DNA of 64,000 nucleotides from the human T2T-CHM13v2.0 reference genome, Homo sapiens. The DNA lies in the NCBI RefSeq assembly GCF_009914755.1, contig NC_060927.1; one strand, written 5' to 3'. The translations under genes and the position numbers were made by a program. The stretch's first letter is position 1, and the number at the start of each line of letters is the position of its first letter. Under the pieces are notes generated by a model. That model did no database searches. It worked only from the letters and a program-made list of their open reading frames with translations, and was not told the origin of the DNA. Positions 30,700 through 42,595 of the stretch are shown here, piece after piece.

Positions 30700-31170
30700 G
30701 TGTTCTGATGATCTATTGTCTAACAAACGCATTGGCTAAAAACAACGTTAATCATGTCATTATTTCTCACGGTTCTGAGAGTTTGCTGGGCTCAGCTAGG
30801 CACTTCTTGCTCACCTTCTTTTGTGCAATTGCAGTCAGATGATGGCTGAGGCTGGGGTCGTCACAAAGGCTTCTTCACTCACAGATCTGATGGTTGATGG
30901 TGGCATCAACTGAGAACTCAGCTGGGGCTATCTTTCAGAATACCTGCACCTGTCCTCTCCCTGTGACCTGGGCTCCCTCACAGCATGGTGGCTGGATTTC
31001 AAAATGGAGCATCCCAAGAGACAGGAATTGAATGCCACCAGTTTCTTAAGGCCTTGGCCTAGAAACTGGCATACCATAGCTTCCATTATATTAGGTTGGT
31101 TAACCATTTACAGAACCCAGATTTAAGAGAGGAGGCATAGACCCCACTTCTGGAAAGGAGGAGTATCAGG
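30700..31170 (-). mobile_element. MLT1G/H-type MaLR LTR
   Basis: atttctcacggttctg...gggctcagctagg...ctcacagcatggtggctgg...ctagaaactggca...catagaccccac. Confidence 0.7.
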
Positions 31171-32018
31171 TACTTTGGGGACCAGGTTTTGATACCTCTT
31201 TATAATATGTGATCAGAGAAGTCCTGAGCACCAATTTTGAGTTGGTTTCTATGTGAGGACACAGGTGACGAAACCAGGCCTCCTGTCCATGAGGAACGCA
31301 CAGCTTGTGGACTAACTTCTGGACCTGTGAAGTCTGTGCTCTGAGTGTTTTTCCTGTTGGAAACATGAGATAGGGCAAAAGCTGGCTGGTCCCTGATGTT
31401 GCTCTCCTTTATGCTTCCAGTGGTACCCCGGGACCCTGAGGAGCCCCACCCTGGGCATGGTGCCTGCCTCCTCTTACCTTTTTGTCTTCACAGCCAAGGC
31501 ATTTTATTTGAAGTTTAAGGTCATGTGCAGTTTGTTTTCTGTTGCTGGCATCCAAATTGATATAAATCATTGACTAAAGGCAAGTTAGAGGAAATGATAT
31601 AGAGATACATTCAAGACAGCATGTATACATGACTAATATGGATGGCCGATTGAGGGGATCTTCTAGGATTAGATTACACATGATTTTGCTTTATTTGATG
31701 ACTTTAGATCCTAACCTTTTGAGTTAGACGTGACTCTCTTGAAAATGTAATGACCACCTACAGCCACTGTTATTCTGTAAAAGTCACCTTGATCCCCATG
31801 CCCCAAATGGTAAGGACATAATGTACAGCATAGTTCTTTAAATTAAAATAAACTTATATGTTTAAAAAATATATTGCATTTGTCATATTTTTGCCATCAT
31901 ATTGCAACACTGACAAGTGTTGTGGGCATTGTCTTCCTGGTGCTCATCCTCTTCGTGTGGGAAGGTGAGTGGCTTTTGATTACCAGGGCCTGGTTTCTGC
32001 TTTTTGCTGCTTTGGGCA

Positions 32019-32375
32019 TGATAAGGTTTGGATGTTTTGTCCCCTCCAAATCTCATGTTGAAATGTGACTTCCAATGTTGGAGGTGGGCCTAATAGGAGG
32101 TGTTTTCGTCATGGGGCTGGATCCCTTTTGAATGGCTTGGTGCTGTCCCCATGGTAATAAGTGAGTCCTCACTCTGAGTTCAGGTGAGCTCTGGTTGTTT
32201 AAAAGAATGTGGCACCTCCCCCATGCTCTCTTGCTTCCTCTCTCGCCATATGACACGCCTCCTCCCCTTTCACCTTCTGCCAGGATTTGGTAAGCTTCCT
32301 GAGGCCTCACCAGAAGCAGATTGCAGTACCATGCTTCCTGTACAGCCTGCAGAATCATGAGCCAACTAAACACCC

Positions 32376-32412
<37 letters not shown>

Positions 32413-32575
32413 AAGAACGGAGGTTTAATAGACAAAAGAAAGAGAAAGGAGAATAGCTCCTTCTCCTGCAGAGAGAGAGGGGCACCCAAGTGGGTCTTCC
32501 CTAAACCTCCTTTTTTAAAATATAAATTACCCAGCATTAGGTATTTCCTTATGGCAACACAAGCAAACCAACACA
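32019..32575 (+). mobile_element. MSTB-type MaLR solo LTR with an internal foreign insertion
   Basis: tgataaggtttggatgttttgtcccctccaaatctcatgttgaaatg ... cctgaggcctcaccagaagcaga ... taaattacccagc ... acaca. Confidence 0.85.
32379..32500 (-). mobile_element. Short retroposed fragment (ERV1-LTR/MER61-like 3' end) with (AC)n tail and TSD
   Basis: Flanked by ctaaacacccttt (32366-32378) and ctaaacctccttt (32501-32513); ATTAAA on minus at 32424-32429 just before the tail. Family identity is from memory. Confidence 0.6.
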
Positions 32576-34042
32576 GGACCTTGCCTCATTTCGTGAGTAT
32601 TTGCCTCAGATCCACTGGTAGTAGCTAATAGAATAATTCAAATGTCCAGCCACCCATGATATCTAAGAGTCCTTCTATCCCTTACTTTCTGGGGCTCTGT
32701 TATCTTACCTTTGAGAACTGCTATAAGGAAGGGAAATAAGAAATCCAACAAGCTAGATTGGCAGGGTCATTTCATTCTAGCCCACCTTTGCTCTGGGCCT
32801 GGGTGCTGACCACCTTCCAAAGTTTATTTTTTCTTTGAAAACTTAAAGCAAGACAAAGGCACCAAGGTGATTATTTCCTAATAATAAATCCCCCAAACTG
32901 CTTCCTATCACTCTATTAATAACTTATTCCTTGAAGGTTTCCTCTCTGAAATTTAGGAATGGCTCAAGCAAGCTGTCATCCTTCTAAATGGTTTCTGATC
33001 ATAGCTTCAAGATTGATTAGTAACTGCTCTCCTATTTCTCCCCACCTGGAGGCATCTTTGAGAGCAACATGCTGAAAAGATGACAACAGCAGGACCTAAG
33101 GAATTCATAAATGGCTTTGACTGCGTGGGTTTTGATGAGGCAATATGGAAAATGATTGCATTAAGTATTGCTATTTATTTACTTGACTTTGTACAGGACA
33201 ATCAATTTTTTCACGTTCCATGCCTCCTGTCAGGAAGTTAAACGGCAGAGAAGGCAGACTGGAGGCATTACCTCATTTCTCTAAGAGATGCTGTCACTCC
33301 TCAAATCACCTTAGAATGTTGTTAATAACAGCATCTTTCATTCCTATCCACTGAGGGAGTAGAGATTCTCCCTTCACAAAGAAAGGACACTGAGGAAGGC
33401 GAGATATGACCAGGAAAAGATGAGCTAATTTTTTCATGAACTATATAAAAATCTACTTCTGTAGGTCAATTATTGGCAATTTTATATAGGTAACCCAATA
33501 ATGTAACACATGACTTTGTCAGTATAATGTTAATCTGTCCTAGGAAAGCAAGATTTGGCTCTATTTGAGCATTTAGAGAAAAAATTCCAGACCCTTGTAG
33601 AGAAAGCTGGTCAATGTTTAGCCTTGGTCAGAGCAGATATCAAACTGGAGTTATATAAAGAGATATGGGTCAGAGGCTGAACTGGACCCATTGAATGAAG
33701 TTGATGGAACAGTGAATGCATTTCTGGTGTGTGTCGATTGAATATTTTGGGGAATTCTGGAAAATTGATCAGAATGATTGATGGCTCCTTTAAGATGGTC
33801 TCTTGAGTTTGAATATCAAGCTCTGGAAATCAGGCTCCTGGGTTAGAAGAAAAGGCTGGTTAGAGAAAGAGAAAAAGGAAACAATGTTTGCTTTTTATTT
33901 AAGAGGTGAAGTGTGGAAGAGGGAAGCTGCTTAGTCATGAGGTTTGAATTTGAGTTTAGGCTCTGACAGCACTGTGGCCAAGTCATGGTGTCTCCAAGGA
34001 TCAGCTTTCTTTCTCATAAAGAAACCTTATAAAAATATAAAT

Positions 34043-34545
<503 letters not shown>

Positions 34546-34654
34546 TCACCTTGGGAGTCCATGGTATCCAGATATTTGTTCAAACATTATGTTAGATGTT
34601 TAGATTTTAGATGTTTCTAGGAAGGTATTTTTTAGATAAGATTAACATTTAAAA

Positions 34655-34800
34655 AAAGTCTCAACACGTAGAAATGATAAATACTCAAGGTGATGGATAC
34701 CCCCAAATATCCTGACTTGATCATCACACACTCTATGCATCTAACAAAATATCATATGGAGCCCATAAATATGTAACATACTATATATTATTCTTTTTAA
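34655..34800 (+). mobile_element. L1MA 3' end fragment
   Basis: gaaatgataaatactcaaggtgatggataccccc...cctgacttgatcatcacacactctatgcat. Confidence 0.75.
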
Positions 34801-35165
34801 AAAGGAAGGAGAAGAAAACAGTTTGGCAGTTACTCAATAAGTTAAATATATAGTCACCATAAGAAAAATTGGAAACTTTATGAGACCTTTTGGGAACTGG
34901 TTTAAGGTGAGATTTTTAATGTGGAGGTTTAATTAGAATGGTAAGGATCAGGATGTAACAGTGTAAGACTGGCAACACAGCAAGATGAAGATTTTGAGAT
35001 GAGGTCTTTGAGGGGAGTCTTAGCATATCAATAGTTGTTTGATGCTCTCTGTATATGCATCTTTTGTTTTCTTGGGCAATTGTTTCCTGACATAGCAGTC
35101 ATGTTGATGAAAATATAGTGGCAAGTGAAGAGATGCTATATGAAGATGGTCAAATAGTAAAGTTA

Positions 35166-35485
35166 AGCTGGGCATGGTGGCTCACGCCTGTAATCCCTGC
35201 ACTTTGGGGGGCTGAGGTAGCAAGACCACTTGAGGTCAGAAGTTTGAGAACAGCCCAAGCAACATAGTGAGACCAGTCCCTGCAAAAAAGAATTTTTTCA
35301 AAAATATCTGGGTGTGGTGGCACGTGCCTATAGTCCTAGCTACTTGGGAGGCTAAGGCGGGAGGATAGTTTGAGCCCACGAGTTCAAGGCCGCAGTAAGC
35401 TATGATTGCTTCACTGCACTCTAGCTTGGGTGACAGAATGAGATCCTGTCTCTAAATATATATACATGTGCATATGTGTGTCTGC

Positions 35486-35537
<52 letters not shown>
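35166..35537 (+). mobile_element. AluJ followed by (TA)n(CA)n
   Basis: gctgggcatggtggctcacgcctgtaatcc...gggaggatagtttgagccc...gcagtaagctatgattg. Confidence 0.9.
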
Positions 35538-35539
<2 letters not shown>

Positions 35540-36379
35540 CATTATTTATATGACAAATTTATATCATATAATTACCAAAATATTGACATTAAAATTAGAT
35601 TTTAAAGCAGATTATCCCCCATAATGTAGATGGGCCTCATCCAATCAGTTGAAAGCCTCAAATTAAGTTACAAAAAAGACTCCAAAAAACAAAGTTTACC
35701 TCCTCCAAGGAAGAGGAATTCTGCCAGCAGACTTCCTTTGGACTTGAACTGTAACTCTTCCCTGGGTCTTCAGCCTGCCAGCCTACTGTGCAGATTTTGG
35801 ACTTGCCAGTCCCCACACTTGCATGAGCCAATTCTTTATATATATATATTCCTTTATCCAACTGTATTTTTCAGGAGATATATATATCAAAGTTCAGAGA
35901 ACTCTGAGTAAATGCTTAGAAAGGGGCGCTGTATGCTGAACGTCTCACTTCACTCTGCCCTTGTAGGCCTCAGATAGCATCACTCAGGGGTGAAGGAGGC
36001 AACTGTCCAGAGCACAGAGCACAGCCAGCTAACCCCCCCATTATTGTTGTATCAATAGCCGTGCTTATCTGTGGGGCACCTCAGACTTCTTGCAGCACCA
36101 GCTAGCACGGATGTTAGCTCATAGGATCTTCACAGATTTATTATAAAAGATTTATATTGTGGACATATTTATTGCTATTTTTTCCAGACACAACACAGTT
36201 TCCACAAATATTACGTATTCATTCCTTATAAACTCAAATTTATTATAGACTTAGCTTTTTTGCCTCTGCATGGGTTTTATCCCTTTCCTTTCTATGTGTT
36301 ATCCTCACCTTAAAAGTGCTTCCTCCAAAGGCCTGCATTTGTCCTTACACTTCCTTCCCTTATACCACCTATGCTTTCA

Positions 36380-36790
36380 TTTTTGTTCAAATTTTTAAAA
36401 ATTTAGTATGAAATTAACAGATGCCTACTGTCAAAAATTTGAAAAGTGAGACATAATGAAGAAGTAGGCAAAATAGTACCCATAATTCTATTAATATTTT
36501 GGTCTATTTACTTTAACTTGTAGCCTCTTTATCCAGTTTACTATCATTTTGTACCCAACAATCTATTCTAAACATTTTGATATTAAAAAAATCAAGAACC
36601 TTATTTTTAATGTCTGCCCATTTGGCGGTCTACCTTTGGGTATAATATCATTTGCTAAACGGTTCCTATAATGTTGGACATTTGGTTTGTATCTGTTTTT
36701 CAAAAAATGATTATGCATAACACTTCAAAGAACATATTGTCCTTAAATCTCAGTCTGCCTTTTGGGTTAAATATTTAGGAAAGACACTCG
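36380..36790 (-). mobile_element. Ancient L1ME-like 3' remnant
   Basis: ttatttttaatgtctg...tataatatcatttgctaaac...atgttggacatttggtttg. Confidence 0.5.
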
Positions 36791-36879
36791 ATCATAACAC
36801 CGGCTCACATCTCTCAGGCCCTCCCGTGGGCCAGCCCCTGTCTGTGCTGAGAGCTGTGCCTGTGCTTGCCCAGGTGTTC

Positions 36880-37030
36880 CTAGCAGTTGTCTTAACAGAA
36901 CTCATACCATGATCCCCATTTTTTCAGATGAGAACACCAAGGTACAGGAAGATAAGGTGGTTGGCCCTTGTCCACAATGGCCATCAGCTAAAAAGCAGCA
37001 GAGCTCTTTGAACCTGGGCAGTCTGCTCCT
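36880..37030 (-). mobile_element. MIR
   Basis: atccccattttttcagatgagaacaccaagg...tttgaacctgggcagtctg. Confidence 0.7.
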
Positions 37031-40000
37031 GACACACGTCACCACTCACTAGGTTGAGGGCCTGGGCATCTTCCAAGGCTTCCCATACAGATCACCAAGT
37101 TGCTTTCTAAAAGGTAGTCCTGGTAAGTCCCTGTCCTGAGCGAACCTGTCTTGTCATCCTTGTTCACACCCGGGGTTGTTGTGGGAGGATGAACAGGGTC
37201 ACACGTGTCAAGTCGCAACACAAGCCTGGCACTTGGTAGGTGCCCACAAAAGACAGCTGCTGTCATTTCTAGGGTGAAGGCTGTCACCACACAGGTCTGA
37301 GTATGGGCTCATCTTCATGGCCTTTAGGAAGGCTCTTTCCTACTCTCTGTATCTGTGCACCTTCCTGTCCTGTGACCAGAGGACAGGGAAGCAGGAAACA
37401 CAACAGTGTTTACCTGGGCTCTCTTCCACCTGGGGGCTTCCCTCACACCACCCTCTGTTCTGGCCCAGAACTCTTCCCTGACTTCCTCCATCTTAGCACT
37501 GATGGCCCACCTATCAGACCACTTACTCACAGGAGAAGAAAGACTGTCCATTTCTGAGTCCAGGCTGTCAGTTACCAAGTTATTGTACTGTCAGTTAGCC
37601 TGCACACCAGTGTGGAACATCGGGCTTCTTTCAGCAGATCCAGAGCTTTCTGCCTGCAAAGCCCCCATAGGGCTGGTGGCTACCACTGTGCATGAAGAAG
37701 GTAAGGCTCCCTTCTGTGGAGCTGGTGCTCTGGGAACCTGCTCACCCTCCGTGGCCTCCTCTGCCTGCCAGGCCGCATCATCTCTCCGTCAGGCTGCGTC
37801 ATCTCTCCATGTGCTTGACACACCCTTCCCCTGTTCGGGCAGAGCAGCCGTGCTGGGCTCTCTTGGGATACACCCTTCTCAGCAGGTGTTTGAACTCTCT
37901 AGAGCCTCTAAAAGGGCCTGTCACAGGCAAAGCTGATGTGATGCTCTCTGTTTTACCCTTGAAGCAACAGATTCCCTAGAAGGGCCAGCACTGGCATGGA
38001 GACTCACTCAGGTGGTGCTGACTGTGCCCTAGGGCACTTCTGAGCAAAGGCAGGCCCACAACCAGGCAAATGTTAGATAGCAACATCAAATCCAGAACTC
38101 AGAGAAAGAAGTTAAATTCATCTCTCTATTCTACTGCAGTCTCATTAGATTTCCAATAGATTTCATGCTTCCAAATGTATTTTCCACACAAAGATGCTTG
38201 GGGTTTCTTGGAGCCCTCGCAGACGAGACAGGTGGGAGGGAGGAGTGGCTGTGTGGTAGGAGGCTGGGCTCTGGGAGTAGGGACACTTGTAAGCAGAGCC
38301 TGAGGTGTAGGGGAGGCATCCAGGCGGTGAGCCCCAAGGGCTGCCATGCTGGGAGAAGATTCTTACCCAAGTGCGTGTTATTCAGGGCACCTGCTCCTCC
38401 CCAGCTCAGCTCATCACCCACCTACGTAGAATGAAAGGACATCTGTTATGCAGAGTGGCAGTATGGAGAGTCCCCTCTGGGCCTGCTCAGTGAACACCCC
38501 CCTAATAAATTTGTTGCTGGATTCAGACCTCAAGCACATCACAGCCACATTCTTCCTGCTGCCTCTGCTCCCAGAATCTGGTGAGGAAGGGGCTGGGGAA
38601 GGAGCCTGGGCAAGCCAAGGCTTCATGGTTGCAAAGATGAGCTCCAGATGCCATGTTCAGCCCAGGATATCTTTAGAGAGTGTCTTTCCCAGCAGGAGTC
38701 CCCGGATAATGAAGGCTTATAGGAGAAAGAGAAGAAGTCACAGGCCTGATGAAAGGGATGGAGAGGAGACTCCATGGGAGGAGACCTGTGATTCCTCAGT
38801 GTCCACCACTGAGGCCAGCTGGCTCATTCCATATTCTGCTCTCTGGACAGCAGCACTTGCCTCTCTTCTCTTCTTTTTCCTTTCCCACTTTCTTTCCTCT
38901 CATTATTCTCTTCTTCTTCCCCAGTGGAAGGGCCAGGGTCTCTGCTGGGTTCTTCCCATCTGTGATGCTCACTGATGTCCACTTGTCCTGCCTTCTTCCC
39001 TCTCTATAGAGTCAGGCAGTCTGGGTTCTGGCTCCCTTGCCCCGCTCCTCAGAGGGGTCCTGTCCCTTTTATCTCCAGTGCTTTGGCTACTCTCACTTTT
39101 TTGCAGGTTCTCTGAGTATGGTGGCCATATTTTCCAATCTCGATGTCAGATTCCTTGACTTGTGTGCACATATGTCATAGGTATGTGTATACATACAAGG
39201 TACATATACTGCATACATATGTGTACATATATCTGTATGATACATGAAAGCGTGTCCTATGTTGCATTTACTGAAAGTCTCAGAAAACCTAGCCAGCGGG
39301 ATTGAGCCTCCACCTGCTCAGGCCATTGTGGGAGCCTTTGTCTTTTAGGTTGGCTTCATTTTAGCTCCCTTAGTTTAAGCGAGTTTATTTTTCTCTCTCA
39401 ACTGGAAAATCACATTTGATCAGCTGTAGACAGCAGTCAGATACTGAAACATTGGGATTTTGCCCAGAAGGCAACCCCTGTAAAGCTGGCGTGGGTTCTC
39501 TGAGGCAAGATGGGACCAACAGGGAGACACATACAGACTGAGGGGCCATGAGTCAGGTGGACTGCGGACAGATACAGATGGGGAGACAGGAATGAGACTG
39601 GAATAAAGCCAAACTGTGCTGAGCACTGGAGCCATGAGCTTCTGGGTTTGGGATGGTGCATTCTGTCTGCCTCACTGTCTCCCTCATTCCTCTGCTCTAG
39701 TCACAGTTGATGAATGTGGCAGAGGGTGAATCAGAGCACTAATATTTGACCCATCTGCTATGGGACATGCTGTGAATGGGAATGGCGGCCCGCCTGGCAG
39801 GTGGTGAGCTCTGCCCACCTCTCCTCTCCTGTCCCTTCCCTGCTACGAATGGGCCCCTGTACATCCTGGGGAGGAGGAGGGCCAGGCCACAATAGGGGCT
39901 GTATATCTAGCTTGTCTTTACCACCATTCCAGATCTCAAGGTTACTGCTCTCCTGCTGCTGTATAAAAGGTCTCCACATTGTCACTGGGTCTCTGTCCAC

Positions 40001-41489
40001 ATAAACCTCTTGGGTACACACCTCAGTCCACAATCCTGAGGGTGCTCCCATTCAACCTTCTCATCCTATCTTCATGGGCAAGTTCAAAGTCTTTAAAAAC
40101 ACTTCACTTGCTAACATCCCCAGCATGTGAAGCTTTACCTGTTCCTTCAACATTGACTGTTCCCTGCAGTACAGCTGGGGCCCAGTCAGAGCATCCTCTG
40201 CTCCACAGAGCTCTTCTGCCTCCGGCTACATGGGGATTCTGCAGAAAGGGATTCATGTTCATACAGATGAGCGGCTTGTAGGTGGGTTTCTTCCCTGCAG
40301 GGCTCCTCCAACATTTTCTTATTACGGTGTACTTTTTAAGTCACCAATGGAGGGTTTAGTATGAACCCTTTCCTAACCTTAATTTGCCATAGGAAGATTT
40401 TATTCTCAGAACACTCAATGACACCTCACAGAATACAATTTGGAGAAGGGGTTTTGGAGAAAACAACTGGTTTTTAAACTACTCACTCAAGCTTGTGAAA
40501 ATCAAGTGTGACAGATATTATCAAATAAATCATATCAGCAAATATTTCTCATGTGTCTTCTATGTACAGCATATCAAGTTGATCCCCGATGTGCAGCAGA
40601 TTCTTCTGTACAGATTCTATTCTGTGGTAAAACTGGGGAACTTATGTTCCCCTTCTCAACAAGTTTACTTCTGAAGTAGAAAAAATTTTACTACAGAAGG
40701 AGCCCTTTCTGGGTGAAACACAATTATTTACTGCTTCACAGCTACTAAGCTGGCATTTGGAATTCAGGTGTCACTGAGAGTGCCTGAGTACCATGTTATC
40801 TGGAATATTATGACATGGGTCACTTTTCTCCTGGAGGGTTGGTCCCTGGCGGCTCACCCCATTACAGGAAGGTCTTCCAATTTGCCATTACTTGAGGAGT
40901 GAACTCCCACCTGCTTGAAACAACTCAAGAAGGGGTGAGAGAAAGAGGGGAGGGAGAGGGGGAGGGAAAGGCAGGAGAATGATTACATGGAGAGTGGAAT
41001 GTGAGGCAACCAGTGGGAGCTTTGGGAAGCAATTGTTGCTGGGTCTCCCACCTTGACTGTTGGAGTTCGTTGACTGTGATGGGTACAGGGTTTTTACCTG
41101 TTTCAGGTGTGGTGAATATTTGCTTAATAATGGGATTTGATGCAGGTGGTGATTATTTGGACACAACAAAGTATACATTTCATTCCAAATAGCATCCCAG
41201 GGTCTTAAACTCCTGGGGAACTTGAACAGGCCCTGAGACACCCAGAGGTTGGAGATATGGGTTCTGACTCCAGTTCTGCCACCACTAATGCGTGACCTTT
41301 GGCGTGTCCCCATGGCCCGTTTGGGCCTCAGCGTGCCGATGTAAGAGATGAGAATCCATCTGGGCCACTGATGCTCAGATACAGTGCCTGCAGGAGCCCA
41401 GCCAGCACTGTAGATTAGCAAAGAGAACCAGAGTCAAGGCCAGGGAAGGGATGAGTGCACAAGTGTGTTCATCTTCTATTTCTGAAAGA

Positions 41490-42076
41490 ACAGACAATAT
41501 TGAAATATATTTAACGTACTGTAAAATTCACTCTGTAAATTGCTTTTTAGTATTATCCACAAAGCTGCGCAATCATTACCGTGATCTTATTACAAAACAT
41601 TTCTTCAACCCCGAAAGAAAGCCATGCTTGTTAACAATCACACAACATTTCCAGCTCCCCTCAGCCCTGGTGACCATTGATCCACTTTCTGTCCTTATGG
41701 ATTTGCCTACTCTGGACATTTTATATAAATGGAATCACACAGTATGTAATCTTTTGTGACTGGCCTTGTTCACTTAGCATATGTGTTTAAGATTGTCTAT
41801 GTCGTAGCATGTGTCAGTACTTTATTCCTTTCTGTGACTGAATAATATTTGATTGTATGGATATACCACATTTTGTTTATCCATTCATCAGTAGATGGGC
41901 TTTTGGGTTATTTCTATTTTTTGGCTATTACAAATAATGCTACTACAAGTATTTATGTATAACTTTTTGTAAGGACATATGTTTTTAATTTTGTTTGGTA
42001 TATACCTAGGATTGGAATTTCTGGGTCACATGTGAACTCAATGTTTAAGTATTTGAAGCATTATCAGACAGTTTTT
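41490..42076 (-). mobile_element. L1MB 3' end (continues at 49718-50700)
   Basis: gatttgcctactctggacattttatataaatggaatcac...ttgtatggatataccacattttgtttatccattcatcag; breaks at cagacagttttt and resumes at caaactgtttttcaaagtggc. Confidence 0.85.
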
Positions 42077-42101
42077 TTTATGATAGCATTCTTTTTAAAA
42101 C

Positions 42102-42595
42102 TTTTTTATTTTTAATTTTTGTGGGTACATAGTAGGTGTATTATTTATGGGATACATGAGATGTTTGATAGAGGCATACAGTGCATAATAAACATACCAT
42201 GGAGAATGGGGTATCCATTCCCTCAAGCATTTCATTTATCCTTTGTGTTATAAACAATCCAGTTACACTGTTTTAGTTATTTTTAAATATACAATTAAAT
42301 TGTTATTGACTATTGTCACCCTGTCTTGCTATCAAACAGTAGGTCTTATTCATTCTTTCTATTTTTTTTTTTGTACCCATTCACCATCCCTACCTCCTCC
42401 CAACACCCTCACTACCCCTCCCAGCCTCTGGTAACCATCCTTCTACTCTCTATGTCCATGAGTTCAATTGTTTTGTTTTTAGATCCCCAAATAAATGAGA
42501 ATATGTGATATTTGTCTTTCTGTTTCTGGCTTATCTCACTTAACATAATGATCTCCAGTTCCATCCAAGTTGTTGCAAATGATTGGATCTCATTT
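42102..42595 (-). mobile_element. L1MA 3'UTR fragment
   Basis: aatttttgtgggtacatagtaggtgta...atggagaatggggtatccattccctcaagcattt...ccagcctctggtaaccatccttctactctc. Confidence 0.85.

Noticed and set aside
37406-38975. 175-176 aa ORFs in unique GC-richer DNA
   Set aside because: No recognisable domain, no coherent exon structure, and comparable ORFs overlap on both strands.
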